Positions 11,821 through 24,109 of a stretch of DNA of 64,000 bases are shown here, in pieces. Position 1 is the first letter of the stretch. Each line of letters starts with the position of its first letter. Source of the DNA: Pristiophorus japonicus (lineage: Eukaryota); contig NC_091999.1 of NCBI RefSeq assembly GCF_044704955.1, forward strand, positions 50,282,001 through 50,346,000. The letters run 5' to 3'. Both the position numbers and the translations under genes were made by a program. The notes below the pieces were generated by a model. It saw nothing but the letters and a program-made list of their open reading frames with translations, made no database searches and had not been told where the DNA came from.

Positions 11821-14139
11821 ATCAGTTGTCCTTTGGGACTCCTTGCTGAGAATTATCCTGGGTTGATCCATAGTTCTTATAAACCGGTGGGTATCCTACT
11901 AGAAAGTGTAGAAGTATGACATACTTGTATGTTCTGTCAATATTAATAAAGTAAACAAGTTCGAGAATACATGTGGTTATAGATTTTCGATATATATATG
12001 TAGATAGAGAAATGGGAGGGGGAATGTGTGCGCGAATGCTCTGTTCAAGAGAGGATGGATCCTTATACTTTATTAAGAGTGCAGCATCGGCTGCGTTTCA
12101 TTTCCATTTACTTCAATGTTGAACACAAACAGCGATCATTATAATGGGCAAAATCGATGAAAATATATTGGTGTGCAAAAGGGGCTGGGATTGCCTGCGA
12201 GACATTTTTTGGATGGCAGCAAAAGTAGGAATTCACCCCAGTCCTACAATACTGATTCAGTATTATTATTCCTAGTTAAAAAGAAACCGTTACTGAATTT
12301 GAGGAAAATAGTTGGTTGAAGATTTGGCGATTTTGTATCGTGTAAAGTAAGCTGCTGTTTAACACCAAACTAAAGCGCTATAACGCCCTTTATGCCGGAA
12401 TTGTGTAAGTAAATAGCAATGATTACAGTTAGCAGTTTCTATTAATGTTATGAAATAAATTCGCACACACATTTGCCAAAATATAAAAATGGAAAGTCAC
12501 TTTCCTTTAGACACCAAGAGCAAGCATAAATATGTTTAGCATATTATTATTCAAGATTGCAATCGATAGATTTTTGCATATTGAAGATATCAAGTGATAT
12601 GGTGATAGTACGGAAAGGTCGAGTTGAAATCGAATATCAGTGCTGTCCCTGTGATTTTGAAGCAACGGCCTCATTTAAGCCAGGCCGGCAATTCGGGTCG
12701 CCAAACAGGTGTCCCGATGCTGCTCCTGGATTGAGATCTCCCAATATCCGGACCCTACATTCCACGTGAATTTCCTGTTCATCACTCTTTCTATCTCAAT
12801 TTTTTCTCAGAGTTTTGTGTCACACTCAATTCGATGCGAACATATTTTAGATGGAAATTTCATGCAGCTTATTGTTTTATATCAAACGTTCATCTGTCAC
12901 TAAAATATTATAGCTTCTCTTTGCAACTAAATATAATATTTACAAGACAAAAACATCAAACTTATTCAAAGTTTATTTAATTATGCGTGGCTACTAATGT
13001 ACGGTTTTTAAATAAATCTTAGCCAAAACTTGTTTTGTTCTACTGGCCTACGACTCGGCCCTGTGCCCAACTCTCAACCTCACGACCGTTTCAAGACCTG
13101 TTCCAGCTTCCGCGATGTATGCCGACCCCTCCGACTCCCTCCACGGTCAGTATGCCGTGATCCATGTTAAATTCTAATTCTGTCTACTCAGCCTCAACGA
13201 TTTTCCTGTCAAACCCATTACTCTTCGGTTATCTAGCCCGGTTTTATGCTGAACGCGCAAGCCGCATGTCTTCCCTGCCATCTTCCTTGCTCATCCACTT
13301 CTGGCCATCAGGAGTGTCTCAGAATCGAGCATCGCGAAATTACCCATTAACACTAAGCAGCCATACCTGAACAACGTTCTATCCAGTAAATAAACTATTC
13401 ACCTTATTTGATAGTGATACGGACTCTCTCAATTAATAATTATTGTAAAAATTAAACATAATCACTTAAGTTAACTTACGCGATAAATGTAATCATTGAT
13501 TGAATAATTGATTTAACAACCTCACTTTAAAAATTCTATCCGATACATGTGATCGTTCTCGTCTGATCTCTACATTGGTTTATAAAATGTTGTCTGTATT
13601 CAGTTTATATTCAGTCTTTCATTATCAGCAACGCAATCCTTTCCGCCAGGAAACCCACTAGAAGCCGACGAAAGATCCAATTTAAAGGCCACAATTAACG
13701 CATTATGAGAAATAATAATAAAAAGTGGGTAGCAAAAATTAACCAAAACCCTCTGAAATGAAACTGCAAATGCTGCAGCTCTGAAAATAAACCACTGAGA
13801 TGGAAATGCACAACAACTCAATCAGCATCTGTAAAGAACACAGAAAGAACCTGGCTTCGGTTACAGGCCCTTCACCAGAAATGTTAAATTCCTCACCAAT
13901 GACCTACACATCAACCCTTACATGTCGAATGCTCCTTACATTCGGGGACACACCTGTTATTCATGTGCAACATTTCCATGTTGTCTTTTCATGCATACTG
14001 CACGACAACGAAAATATTGGAGATTGCAATCCCCAATAAAAGTAGCAACTAATTAAATAGGGATAAACCCCGAGATTTTATCTCTACTGGAATAGAAAAT
14101 AAAAGCCAAGAGATAATAATGAAACTATATAATAAAAGA

Positions 14140-14590
14140 AATTGCATTTATATTGCGCATTTAACGAAGTAAAGCGTCCCAAGACGCTTCACAGGAGTAT
14201 CATAATAAGCCAAATATTCGGAACGATAACCAAATACTTGATCAGAGAGATAGGTTTAAGGAACGTCTTTCATGACGAGAGCGAGATAGCACGGTTCGAG
14301 AGAGAATTCCAGAGCTTAACGACTAGGGAGCTGAAGGCATGGCCACCAATGGTGGAATGAAGAACATTGGGGATGGGGGACAGGCCATAATTGAAGGAAT
14401 GCATTCATGATCGAAGATGGTAGGGCTGAAGGAGGTTACAAAGTCTGGAGGTGTGGTGCAATGGAAGGATTTGACCAAGGCTGAGAACGTTCAAATCAAA
14501 GCGTTGTTCGACCAGGAACTCGTGTAGGTCAGCAAGCACAGGGCATGATGGATGAAACTGATGGTGGGAGTTAGTATACGGACAGCATGG
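14140..14590 (-). mobile_element. L2-type LINE 3' fragment (degenerate)
   Basis: Starts TTGCATTTATATTGCGCATTT...CGTCCCAAGACGCTTCACA, the reverse of the tail shared by L2 and Deu-SINEs, followed by GAGAGAATTCCAGAGCTT...GCTGAAGGCATGGCCACCAATGG. A related fragment lies at about 455-605. Confidence 0.5.
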
Positions 14591-14714
14591 TTAACGAAAT
14601 TTAGTTAAGAATATGGTATGAAGTATTGCAGCATCGGAAGTATAGTGAGGCAATAGAGAGAGCAAATCACGCGATGCTGATTGGCATGATGAGATACAAA
14701 TATCAATAAATCTT

Positions 14715-16030
14715 CCAATTTTAATATGCCGCTTTTTGATTTCTCTGCCCTCCACTCTTACTTTTCTCCTTCCTATCTTTTGCTTCTGCCGCCTTTTTAC
14801 TTCCCTCTGCCTCCCCTATCCCCATCCCGCTACCATATTCGTTTAAACACTCGCCAACAGCACTAGCAAACACACGACCGAGGACCTCGGTCCCGGTCCT
14901 GCCCAGGCGCAGACCATCCGGTTTGTACTGGTCCCACCTCCCACAGAACCGGTTCCAATGTCCCAGGAATTTGAATACCTCCCCCTTGCCCCAGTCCTCA
15001 AGCCACGTATTCATTTGAACTATCCTGCTGTTCCAACTCTGAATAGCACGTGGCACTGATTGCAATCCTGAGATTCTACCTTTGAGTCCCGACTTTTAAA
15101 TTTAACTCCTAGCTCCCTAAATTCAGCTTGTAGAATGTCATCCAGTTTTTTACCTATATTTTTGGTACCTATATGCACCACGATAGTTGGCTGTTCACCC
15201 TCTCCCTCCACAATGCCCTGCACCCGCTCCAAGACACCCTTGACCCTTGCACCAGGGAGGCAACATACTTCTCTGGAGTCTCGTTTGCAGCCGCAGAAAC
15301 GCCTATCTCTTCCACTTATAATAGAATCTCCTCTAACTATATACCTTCCACTCTTTTTCCAGCCCACCTGCGCAGCACTGTTATTCCTGCTGCCATGAAC
15401 TTGGCTGCTGCTCCCTTTCCCTGATGAGCCACCATCCTCAACAGTATCCAAAACTGTATAATTGCCCTACCTTCCTTCCCCTGCTCTTCCTGATGGTCAC
15501 CCATTCCCTATCTGTCTGTGTCACCTTTACCTGCAGTGTGACCAACTCACCAAACATGCTATCCAAGACATCCTCAGCATCATGAATGCTCCAGAGTGAA
15601 TCCATGCACAGCTCCAGTGCCTCGATGCGACCTGACAGGAGCTGCAGCTTGACACACGTCACGCACACATAGTAGCCAGTGTCCCTGGCTACCCACATTC
15701 CGCAGGAGGAGCAGGAAACGGCTCTGGGCTCTCCTGCCATGACGTAACCTTTAGATGAACATAATTTGGCAACAATGCCAAAGGTTTCCTACTGATAAGA
15801 AAAGAAAAAGAAAACGAAAAAATGCTTACCAATCAACCAGCCAAAAACTTACCCGCTTGGTTGTGACATTACTCTTCGATTTCATTTTACTTCTATTTTG
15901 TTTTTTGTTTTTTGACGCTACACCAGCTGTTCCTGCGACTGCTCTTCCTCCCGATCTGCCGCAGAACTTTTATCCGCCTCGATCCTCCCGCTCCCTCTAG
16001 CTCCTCCAACTGATGCTCCTCCCGATCAGA
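14715..16030 (-). mobile_element. CR1 LINE 5' region: ORF1 (zinc finger/leucine zipper plus SGNH esterase domain), disrupted
   Basis: ORFs 15438-15740 (CSSCGMW...YVCVTCVKLQLL..RIEALEL), 15020-15451 (GDSII...CCLPGARV...VVHIGT) and 14721-15065 (FLGHWNRF.GRWDQYKPDGL). Confidence 0.85.
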
Positions 16031-16034
16031 GAGC

Positions 16035-16598
16035 AAGGTTTACACACATAATACATGGTGTACTTATACAATACAAGCTGAAATTACGCAACACAATCTA
16101 TTCTCACACAATACAAGGTTTACGCACACAACCCCAAGGTGTAATCACATAATAAAAGGTGTACACATACAGTAAAAGGGGTGCTCATACAATACAAGGT
16201 GTACACATACAACAAAAGCTTTACTTTCACAATACAAGATGTACTTACACGATACAACGTGTGCTCACACCATAAAAGTTATACTCACACGATATAAAAT
16301 GTGAACTCACACCATAATATCAATACTCACACTATATAAGCTGTATTCATACAACAAAGTCAGTACTCACACAATACAAGGTGTACTCACACAATAAAAG
16401 CTTTACTTATAAATACATGGTGTACTCCCACAACACAAGATGTAGTCACGCAACACAAGCTGTACTCATGCAACACAAGTTCTACTCACACAATATATCG
16501 TGACTTCACACAATACAAGGTGTACCCACACAAAACAACATATACGGACAAATGTTAATCTGTACTCACACAACACATTGCATACTCACCCGATACAA
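16035..16598. repeat. About 20-bp minisatellite (TACTCACACAATACAAGGTG)n, diverged
   Basis: Recurrent unit visible throughout. Confidence 0.85.
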
Positions 16599-16599
16599 A

Positions 16600-16920
16600 T
16601 ATCATCATTGGCAGTGCGTCGAAACGAGGATGACTTGCTTCCACGCCAAAAAGAATGATGAGTTCACAGATGTTTGAATGAAGGACCTAATATTCCAGGT
16701 TCGAAACTACATCCTGACGGGTGGAAGATGCTTGTGCATGGATTTTTTTAACGTGTGGTGGCCGTTACACACCAGCCGCCACACGGGCTTGACAGAGCTA
16801 CGTCTTATTCCAGTGGCAAGGGTAATCCTAGATGTGCTCTGCTGCGCGGACCTAGTGTGCACACATATCACTGTGTGGTCTGGCCCGCGCTGCCCAATGG
16901 CCCCGAACTCACGCCTCTGT
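16600..16920 (-). mobile_element. RTE-clade LINE 3' end
   Basis: ATCATCATTGGCAGT...GAGGATGACTTGCTTCCAC is a diverged reverse complement of the RTE tail at about 2548-2612. Confidence 0.6.
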
Positions 16921-17642
16921 AAACTACAAGGCTACGGACTAAGAGCTGGAAAGTGGGATTAGGCTGGATAGCTCTCTATCAGTCTGCGCAAACACGATGG
17001 GCCTAAATGGCCTCCTTCCGTGCTGTAAATTTCTATGGTTATATAATGAGAAATAATTTACAATTTCGGGGGTCGATAACCAGGTGTTTAAAGGCCATTC
17101 ATTTCTCTCTTTCCATATCGCTGTTAGTTAAAGGAACACAGATTGATTTCCCCTCATTATGCATCTTTAGTTGTGAAACAAAAATCTTTCCTGTTAATAG
17201 AGAGCCACATTCTGCACTGGGGGAGACGGCGGGTAGCTTCAGCCTTTAAAATTATCCTCCTCTTGTTCAAATCCCGCCAAAACCTCGCCACTCCCTATCT
17301 CTGTAACCTCCTCCAGCCCACCAACCCTCTTAATGAGGGAAAACATTTTCAGTGTCAGACGGCTCGGTAGCCAGAGGACACCGATTTAAGATGATTGGCA
17401 AATGAACCAGATGCCACACGACCGAAAAACATTCAGTAGCGAAATGTTATGGCCTGGAACGCACTGCCTGTAAGGGTGGTGGAGGCAGATTCACTCCTTA
17501 CGTGCAAAAGAGATAAATATTTGAGTTGCATAGATTTGCAGTGTTATGAGGCAGAGCAGTGGAGTGGATTAATTATACAGCTTCGGATGAGCAAGAGAGG
17601 AAAGAATGTTCCAGAGAAACTAGAACTGTCTGTAGAGAATTT

Positions 17643-17933
17643 ATATCTTGGGCAGGCAGCTCAGTCCCATGGAATACACATCCTGGGCAGGCAGCTCAGT
17701 CCCATGGAATGCACATCCTGGGCAGGCAGCTCAGTCCCATGGAATGTACATCCTGGCTAGGGAAGCTCAGTCCCAAGGAATGCACATCCTGTGCAGGCAG
17801 CTCAGTCACAAGGAATGCACATCCTGGGCAGGCAGCTCAGTCCCATGGAATGTACATCCTGGGCAGGCAGCACAGTCCCATGAATGTACATCCTGGTCAG
17901 GGAGCACATTCCCATGGAATACACATACTGGGC
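17643..17933. repeat. 35-bp minisatellite (CCTGGGCAGGCAGCTCAGTCCCATGGAATGCACAT) x about 8
   Basis: Period 35 (GGGCAGG at 17650 and 17685). Explains the repetitive ORFs 17449-17986. Confidence 0.9.
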
Positions 17934-17979
17934 CATGTGGGAACACCTGGATGACCACGTTGCGGGAAGTGTCGCCAGC

Positions 17980-20350
17980 TCCCTAATTGCCTGTTTGATG
18001 CCCTCCCCAACATCACTACGACTGTTTGGATGTCTGTACACAACTCCCACTAACGTGTATTGCCCTTTGGTGTTCTGCAGCTCTACCCATATAGATTCCA
18101 TATCATAGGGGTGCATTTTCAGCTCCGGGTTTCGGAGCTTGAGCGGTTGCTAGCGTCAATGCAGTCTATCCGCGGGGCTCAGAGCTTCGAGGATAACACA
18201 TTTCAGGAGGTAGTCACCCAGCAGCTTAAAATTGTGCAGGCATAGAGGGAATGGAAGATCGTCAGACAGACAAGGTGGAACTGGCATGTAGGACAGGAAT
18301 CCCCTGACTCATTAACCGCTTTCCAGTTCTGGTTAATGAGGAGCACCATGGTTGCTCTGGGGAGTGAAGCCAATGCCAAGTCCACGGAACCATGGGTGGC
18401 TCAGCTGCACAGAAGTGAAGGAAGAAGAGTGGAAGAGCAATAGTGGTAGGTCAATTGATACATGGGGAATAGACAGACATAGAAACATAGAAAATAGGTG
18501 CAAGACTAGGCCATTCGGCCCTTCTAGCCTGCACCGCCATTCAATGAGTTCATGGCTGAACATGCAACTTCAGTACCCCATTCTGCTTTCTCGCCATACC
18601 CCTTAATCCCCCTAGTAATACGGACGTTTGGCGGCTGCAGACGTGACTCCAGGATAGTTATTGCCTCCCTGGTGCAAGGGTCAAGGTTTGTCACTGAAAG
18701 GGTGCAGGACATTGTGAGGGAACGGGGGGGAGGGGGGTGAATAGCCAGAAGTCGTGGTCTATATTGTCAGAAATGACAAAGGTCGAAAGAGGGATGACGT
18801 CCTGCAGGCAGTTTTGAGGGAGCTGGGAAGGAGACTAAAAAACAGGACATCAAAAGTAGTAATCTCCAGATTACTCCCAGTACCACGTGCTAGTGAGTAC
18901 AGCAATAGGAGGATCGAACGGGTGAATATGTGGCTTGAGACGATGCAGGAGGGAAGACTTTAAATTCTTGTGGTATTGCGACTGTTTCTGGGGGCGGTGG
19001 GACCTGGACAAGTCAGTCGGGTTGCACCTGAACAAAGCTGGGACCGAGATCCTCTACAAGCTGGGGAGAGCCTCAGCTCGTTTGTGGGAAAATTTTTCGA
19101 CGAAATGCTGAGGGATAGGATAAATCTTCATTTGGGAAGACACGGATTAATCAAGGACAGTCAGCATGGATTTGTTAAGGGAAAGTCGGGTCTGTCTACC
19201 GATTGAATCTCCTGTATAGCCACTCAAAAAATTTAATGAGGGCAGTGCATTTGATGTAGTGTATATGAATTCTAGCAACGATGTTGATAAAGTCCCACAA
19301 GGCAGACTGGTCACAAAAGTATAAGCAATTGGGATACAAGGCAAAGTGGCAAGTTGGATTCAAAATTGGCTCAGAGTCAGGAAGCAAAGGTTAATGGTTG
19401 ATGGGTGTTTTTGAGACTGGAAGGCTGTCTCCAGTGGGGAATCCATAGGGCTCACTACTAGGTCCCTTTTTTATCAATAATTTGGATTTGAATCGACAGG
19501 GTATGATTAGGAAGTATGCAGATGACACACAAATTGGTCTTGTGGTTGATAATGAAGAAGAAAGCTATAGACTGCAGGAAGATGTCAATGGACTGATCAG
19601 GTGGGCAGAATAGTAGCAAGTGGACTTCAATCCGCGGAAGTGTGTGGTCTTGCATTTGGGGAGGGCTAACAAGGCAAGGGAATACACAATGAATCGTAGG
19701 ATACTGAGAAGTGTCGATGAATAAAGAGATCTAGGAGTGCATATCCACAGACCCATGAAGGTTTCAGGACAGGTAGACATTATAAATATATTAAGTGGAT
19801 AACTAGAGAAAGAATGGGGCCTATTAGAGACCACAAAGGAAATGTGTGTGTGGAAGCAGAAGATGTGAATATAATTCTTAATAAATACCCTGCATTTGTT
19901 TTCACAAAAGAGAGGGGCGATGCAGATTTTGCAATGAGGGAGGAGTGTGAAATATTGGACGAGGTAAACATAGTTAGAGAAGAAGTATTAAGGGACTTAG
20001 CAGCTTTGAAAGCGGATAAATTCCCAGGCCCAGATGAAATGTATTTCAGGCTGTTAAGAGAAGCAAACGAGGAAATAGCAGAGGCTCTGACCATCATTTT
20101 CCAATCCACACTGGCTACAGGTGTGGTGCTAGAGGACTGGAGGACCTCTAAAGTTTAACCTTTGTTTAAAAAGGGAGACAAGGATAGATCGATTTATTAA
20201 AGGCCTGTCAGCCTAACCTCAGTGGTGAGAATTTTTTTTGGAAAAATCCTGAATGACAGGATAAATCTTCATTTGGAAAGACATGGATTAATCAGGAACA
20301 GTCCGCACGGATTTGTTAAGGGAAGGTCATGTCTGACTAACTTGATTGAA
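17980..20350 (+). mobile_element. Patchwork of CR1 fragments (ORF1 esterase and ORF2 RT pieces on +, small nested pieces on -)
   Basis: ORF1 motifs (RTFGGCRRDSRIV.ASL.., LKNRTSKVVISRLLPVPRAS) and ORF2 motifs (DSQHGFVKGKS, DKFPGPDEMYFRLLRE). Minus-strand endonuclease piece at 17980-18108 (ESIWVEL..LVGVVYRHPN) and tail piece at about 18476-18620. Confidence 0.8.
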
Positions 20351-21615
20351 TCTGTCCCTTCTTCCAGTTCATCCATGCATATTGTAAACAGTTCTGGTCC
20401 CAGCACCGATCCCTGTGGCACACCACTAACCACCGGTTTCCAACCCGAAAAGGACCCATTTATCCCGACTCTCTGCTTTCTGTTAGCCAGCCAATTCTCT
20501 ATCCTTGCTAATACATTTCCTCTGACTCCACGTACCTTTATCTACTGCCGTAACCTTTTGTGTGGCACCTTATCGAATGCCTTTTGGAAATCTAAATACA
20601 CCACATTCATCGGTATATCTCTATCCACTATGCTCATTATATCCTCAAACAATTCCAGTAAATTCGTTAAACATGATTTCCCCTTCATGAATCCATGATG
20701 CGTCTGCTTTGTTGCACTATTCCCATCGAGATGTCCCGCTATTTCTTCCTTAATGATAGCTTCAAGCATTTTCCCCAATACAGATGTTAAACTAACCGGC
20801 CTATAGTTACTTGCCTTTTGTCTGACCCCTTTGTTAAACAGAGGCGTTACATTAGCTGCTTTCCAATCCGCTGGTACCTCCCCAGAGTCCAGAGAATTTT
20901 GGTAGATTATAACGAATGCATCTGCTATAACTTCCGCCATCTCTTTTAATACCCTGTGATGCATTTCATCGGGACCAGGGGACTTGTCTACCTTGAGTCC
21001 CATTAGCCTATCCAGCACTACCCCCGTTGTGATAGTGATTATCTCAAGGTCCTCCCTTCTCACATTCCCGTGACCAGCAATTTCTGCAATGGTTTTTGTG
21101 TCTTCCACTGTGAAGACCGAAGCAAAATAATTGTTTAGGGACTCAGCCATTTCCACATTTCCCATTATTAAATCCGTCTTCTCATCTTCTGAGGGACCAA
21201 CATTTACTTTAGTCACTCTTTTCCGTTTTATATATCGGTAAAAGCTTTTACTATCTGTTTTTATGTGTTGCGCAAATTGACTTTCGTCATCTATCTTTCC
21301 TTTCTTTATTGTTCTCTTAATCATTCTTTGCTGTCGATTAAAATTTTCGCAATCTTCTAGTTTCCTACTAACATTGGCCACCTTATACGCATTGGTTTTT
21401 AAGTTGATACTCTCCTTTATTTCCTTGGTTATCCACGGCTGGTTATCCCTTCTCTTGCTGCCCTTCTTTTTCACTGGAATATATTTTTGTTGAGCACTAT
21501 GAAATAGCTCCTTAAAAGTCCTCCACTGTTCCTCAATTGTGCCACCGTTTAGTCTGCGTTTCCAATCTACTTTAGACAACTCTGCCATCATCCCACTGTA
21601 GTCCCCTTTGTTTAA
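20351..21615 (-). mobile_element. CR1 LINE ORF2 internal fragment (young subfamily)
   Basis: 349-aa ORF 20542-21591 with KSPGPDEMH, DWKAANVTPLF, NYRPVSLTS, HGFMKGKSCLTNL, VYLDFQKAFDKVPH. Highly similar to the copy at 43103-45030. Confidence 0.95.
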
Positions 21616-21619
21616 GCGG

Positions 21620-21765
21620 CTGTAATATAAATAGAGACAGGGTCTCGTGTAATGAAAATAGGGACAGGGTCTCGTGTAATATAAACAGAGACAGGGTCTA
21701 GTGCAATGTAAGCAGGGACATGGTCTAATGTAATCTCAGCAGAGACAGGGTCTAGTGCAGTAATC
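21620..21765. repeat. Short block of the 27-bp minisatellite (TGTAATATAAACAGAGACAGGGTCTAG)
   Basis: About 5 units, same family as 24110-26790. Confidence 0.85.
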
Positions 21766-22129
21766 CATTTTAAATCTCCGGCTTGTGGTTACTGTCCGTC
21801 CTACCAGTGGCAAAGGTTTCTAACTATTTACTTGATTAAAACTACTCATAATTTCGATCGCCACTATTAAATCTGCCTTAACATTCTCGGATATAAGGAG
21901 CACCGTCCCAGTTTCCAGCCGTTCTACTGATGCACCTCATGAACATCCAGATGAGGATTCGCTAAGATTTGATCCCATTTTACAACAGTGCCAGAATATC
22001 ATCCCAGGCAAGATAAGAGTATTATCCGAGGGAATTAAACCGACTGTGTAAGACTCGTCTCAGGCTTTGAACTTTGGACACTCTGAACTAAATGACAACA
22101 TCTAAAAAATTAAGCTGTGACGTGATAAA

Positions 22130-22580
22130 GCCCTGGTACAATGGGATCTCTCTCACCTCTGAGTGAGAAGGCTGTGGGTTCACAACCCCTCTCCAGAGAC
22201 TGAGCACATAATCTTGGCTGGCACTCCCGGTACCAGTACCGAAGGAGAAGGGGAGGGGGGCTATATTGACGGTGGAGCAGTCTTTCGGATGAGACGTTAC
22301 ATCTGCTGAGTCTTCGCTTACAGTTGGATGTAAGAGATTGAATGGCACTATTTTAAATAGCAGGGGAGTTCACCCCGAAGTCCATTACACATATTTATCC
22401 ATTAACCAGCATCGCTAAAGAACAGATTCTATGGTTATTATCACATTATCTTTGTGGGAGTTTGCTGTGTGCAATTTGACTCCACGTTTCCTACATTACA
22501 AAAGTGACTACACTTCAAACGTACTTCATAATAAAGCACTTTTGGACATTCTGAGGACGTAAAAACCGTGAAAGTTATTT
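22130..22580 (+). mobile_element. Deu-domain SINE (SacSINE1/AmnSINE1 superfamily)
   Basis: tRNA-like head (CACCTCTGAGTGAGAAGGCTGTGGGTTC) and Deu core GTCTTTCGGATGAGACGTTA...ATGGCACTATT...GTTTCCTACATTACAAAAGTGACTACACTTCAAA. Confidence 0.75.
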
Positions 22581-23399
22581 CTAAAAGTCAACATTTAAAA
22601 TACACGTTGCAATGGGTGAATCCTCTGGTCGCTGTGTTAACTTGTTTAGTTTAAGTGGCTGGGATCTTACGCTAAATGGACATTCAGTGAATTACTGATC
22701 TGTTCAGCGAGGTTCCATTGACTTTCGTAGCAGAATTTTCAGAATTGAATTATTAATTTTAATATGTTCCCTTTGATATAAATCATATCTCTTCTAATTG
22801 AACAAACCAAAAACCGATGTCACAGCTGGAGATATTTCCATTTCTTTGTACCAACTACCAATATTCATAAAATAAACCCGTGCTGTGAGTTAAAACTAAT
22901 CAGTAAATTACTTTATGGATCTGCTTTTGCTGCCATGAACACTTCATGGAAACCTGTGAGGTGTTTCTGTAAATAAACGCAGAAATAGAAGTCCAAGATT
23001 AGAATAGTGAACGACAGAATAGAAATAAACAGAGAAAGAAACGCTAATGCCTCAACGGATTCCAGCAACAATTGATGTTTGGGATATTTTTTTTCAGTTA
23101 TTGGTGAACAAATCAACGATGTTATCCGCGGCCAGAATGGGGAAAGATTCTAGTCACCGTACATAGTCACAGCTCAAATGTATTCGTGGCAATTCCCTGT
23201 ATCCCCTCCCTCTCTGCCTCTCTCTAATATCCCCACCTTTTGCCTTGCCTCTAAAGAATGCGTCATTATTTTACCTCACAATAAGAAGTCAATGTCTAAC
23301 AAAAATGTTCTCTAAGGTCTATTTCCAGGCCTCAAACCAAATTGGTAGGTGTGCGGAAAGGCAGCTTTATAATAAAATATGTCGTGTGAACTCAATGAT

Positions 23400-23888
23400 C
23401 TTGGGTGTTTGATGTGACTCTGTAGCGGGAACTTTACTCTGCATCTAACTACGTGCTGTACCTGCCCTGCGAGTGTTTAATGGGACGGTTTCGAGAGAGC
23501 TTTGCTCTGCATAGATCAGTGATGTACCTGCTCTGGAAGAGTTTGATGGGACGGTATAGAGGGGGCTTTACTCTATAGCTTACCCGTGCTGTACCTGCCC
23601 TGGCAGTCTTTGCTGGGACAGTGTTTTGGGAGCTTTACTTTGCATGGACCAGAGCTGTACCTGCCCTGGGAGAGTTTGATGGGACGGTGTTGAGCAAGAT
23701 TTACTCTCTATCTAAACCGTGCTGTACCTGCCCTTGGAGTGTTTGATGTGACGGTGTAGAGGGAGCTTTATTGTTTTTCGAATCGTGCTGTACCTGAGCT
23801 GGGAGTGTTTGATGAGACAGCATCGAGGGAGCTTTTCTTTGCATAGACCCTCGCGGTCCCTGCCCTGGGAATGTTTGAATGGACAGTG
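23400..23888. repeat. Tandem repeat (GAGCTTTACTCTGTATCTAACCCGTGCTGTACCTGCCCTGGGAGTGTTTGATGGGACAGTGTAGAGG-like, about 65-bp unit)
   Basis: About 7 diverged units; older degenerate copies at about 35520-36030 in the J-C intron. Confidence 0.85.
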
Positions 23889-24030
23889 TGACATCACTAT
23901 CGCAGAAAATTGTTTTTGTCAGTGCAACTTCCTGTATATTGCATTTCGTGTTTACCTGTTTGACATCATCACGTCAGCAACACGTAAACAATGGGTGACG
24001 TCATTGTTTACAACAAAGCAGCGTCATCAA
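23886..24030. promoter_or_regulatory. Candidate enhancer: CRE flanked by inverted Forkhead/Sox sites, plus ETS and TGACATCA motifs
   Basis: GTAAACAATG (23984-23993) and CATTGTTTAC (24002-24011) form a perfect 10-bp inverted repeat around TGACGTCA (23996-24003). Also ACTTCCTG (about 23927), TGTTTAC (about 23949) and TGACATCA (about 23890, 23961). Motif evidence only. Confidence 0.35.
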
Positions 24031-24109
24031 CTTGATTTGGTCGCCACAGCTACATCAGTGCGACGTCTGACCCTCAGCCAAATGCATTGCTCGATTTGAC
24101 ATTTATATA

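Noticed and set aside
12128-12140. AACAGCGATCATT shared with the 5' region of the downstream GPCR (59823)
   Set aside because: A 13-nt match is expected by chance in 64 kb and the flanks do not align.
13360-13400. Candidate remnant of exon 1 of the upstream GPCR (minus strand FIYWIER..G/GTATGG)
   Set aside because: Lacks the YYPxLAxxGVP core and a start codon; too short to support.
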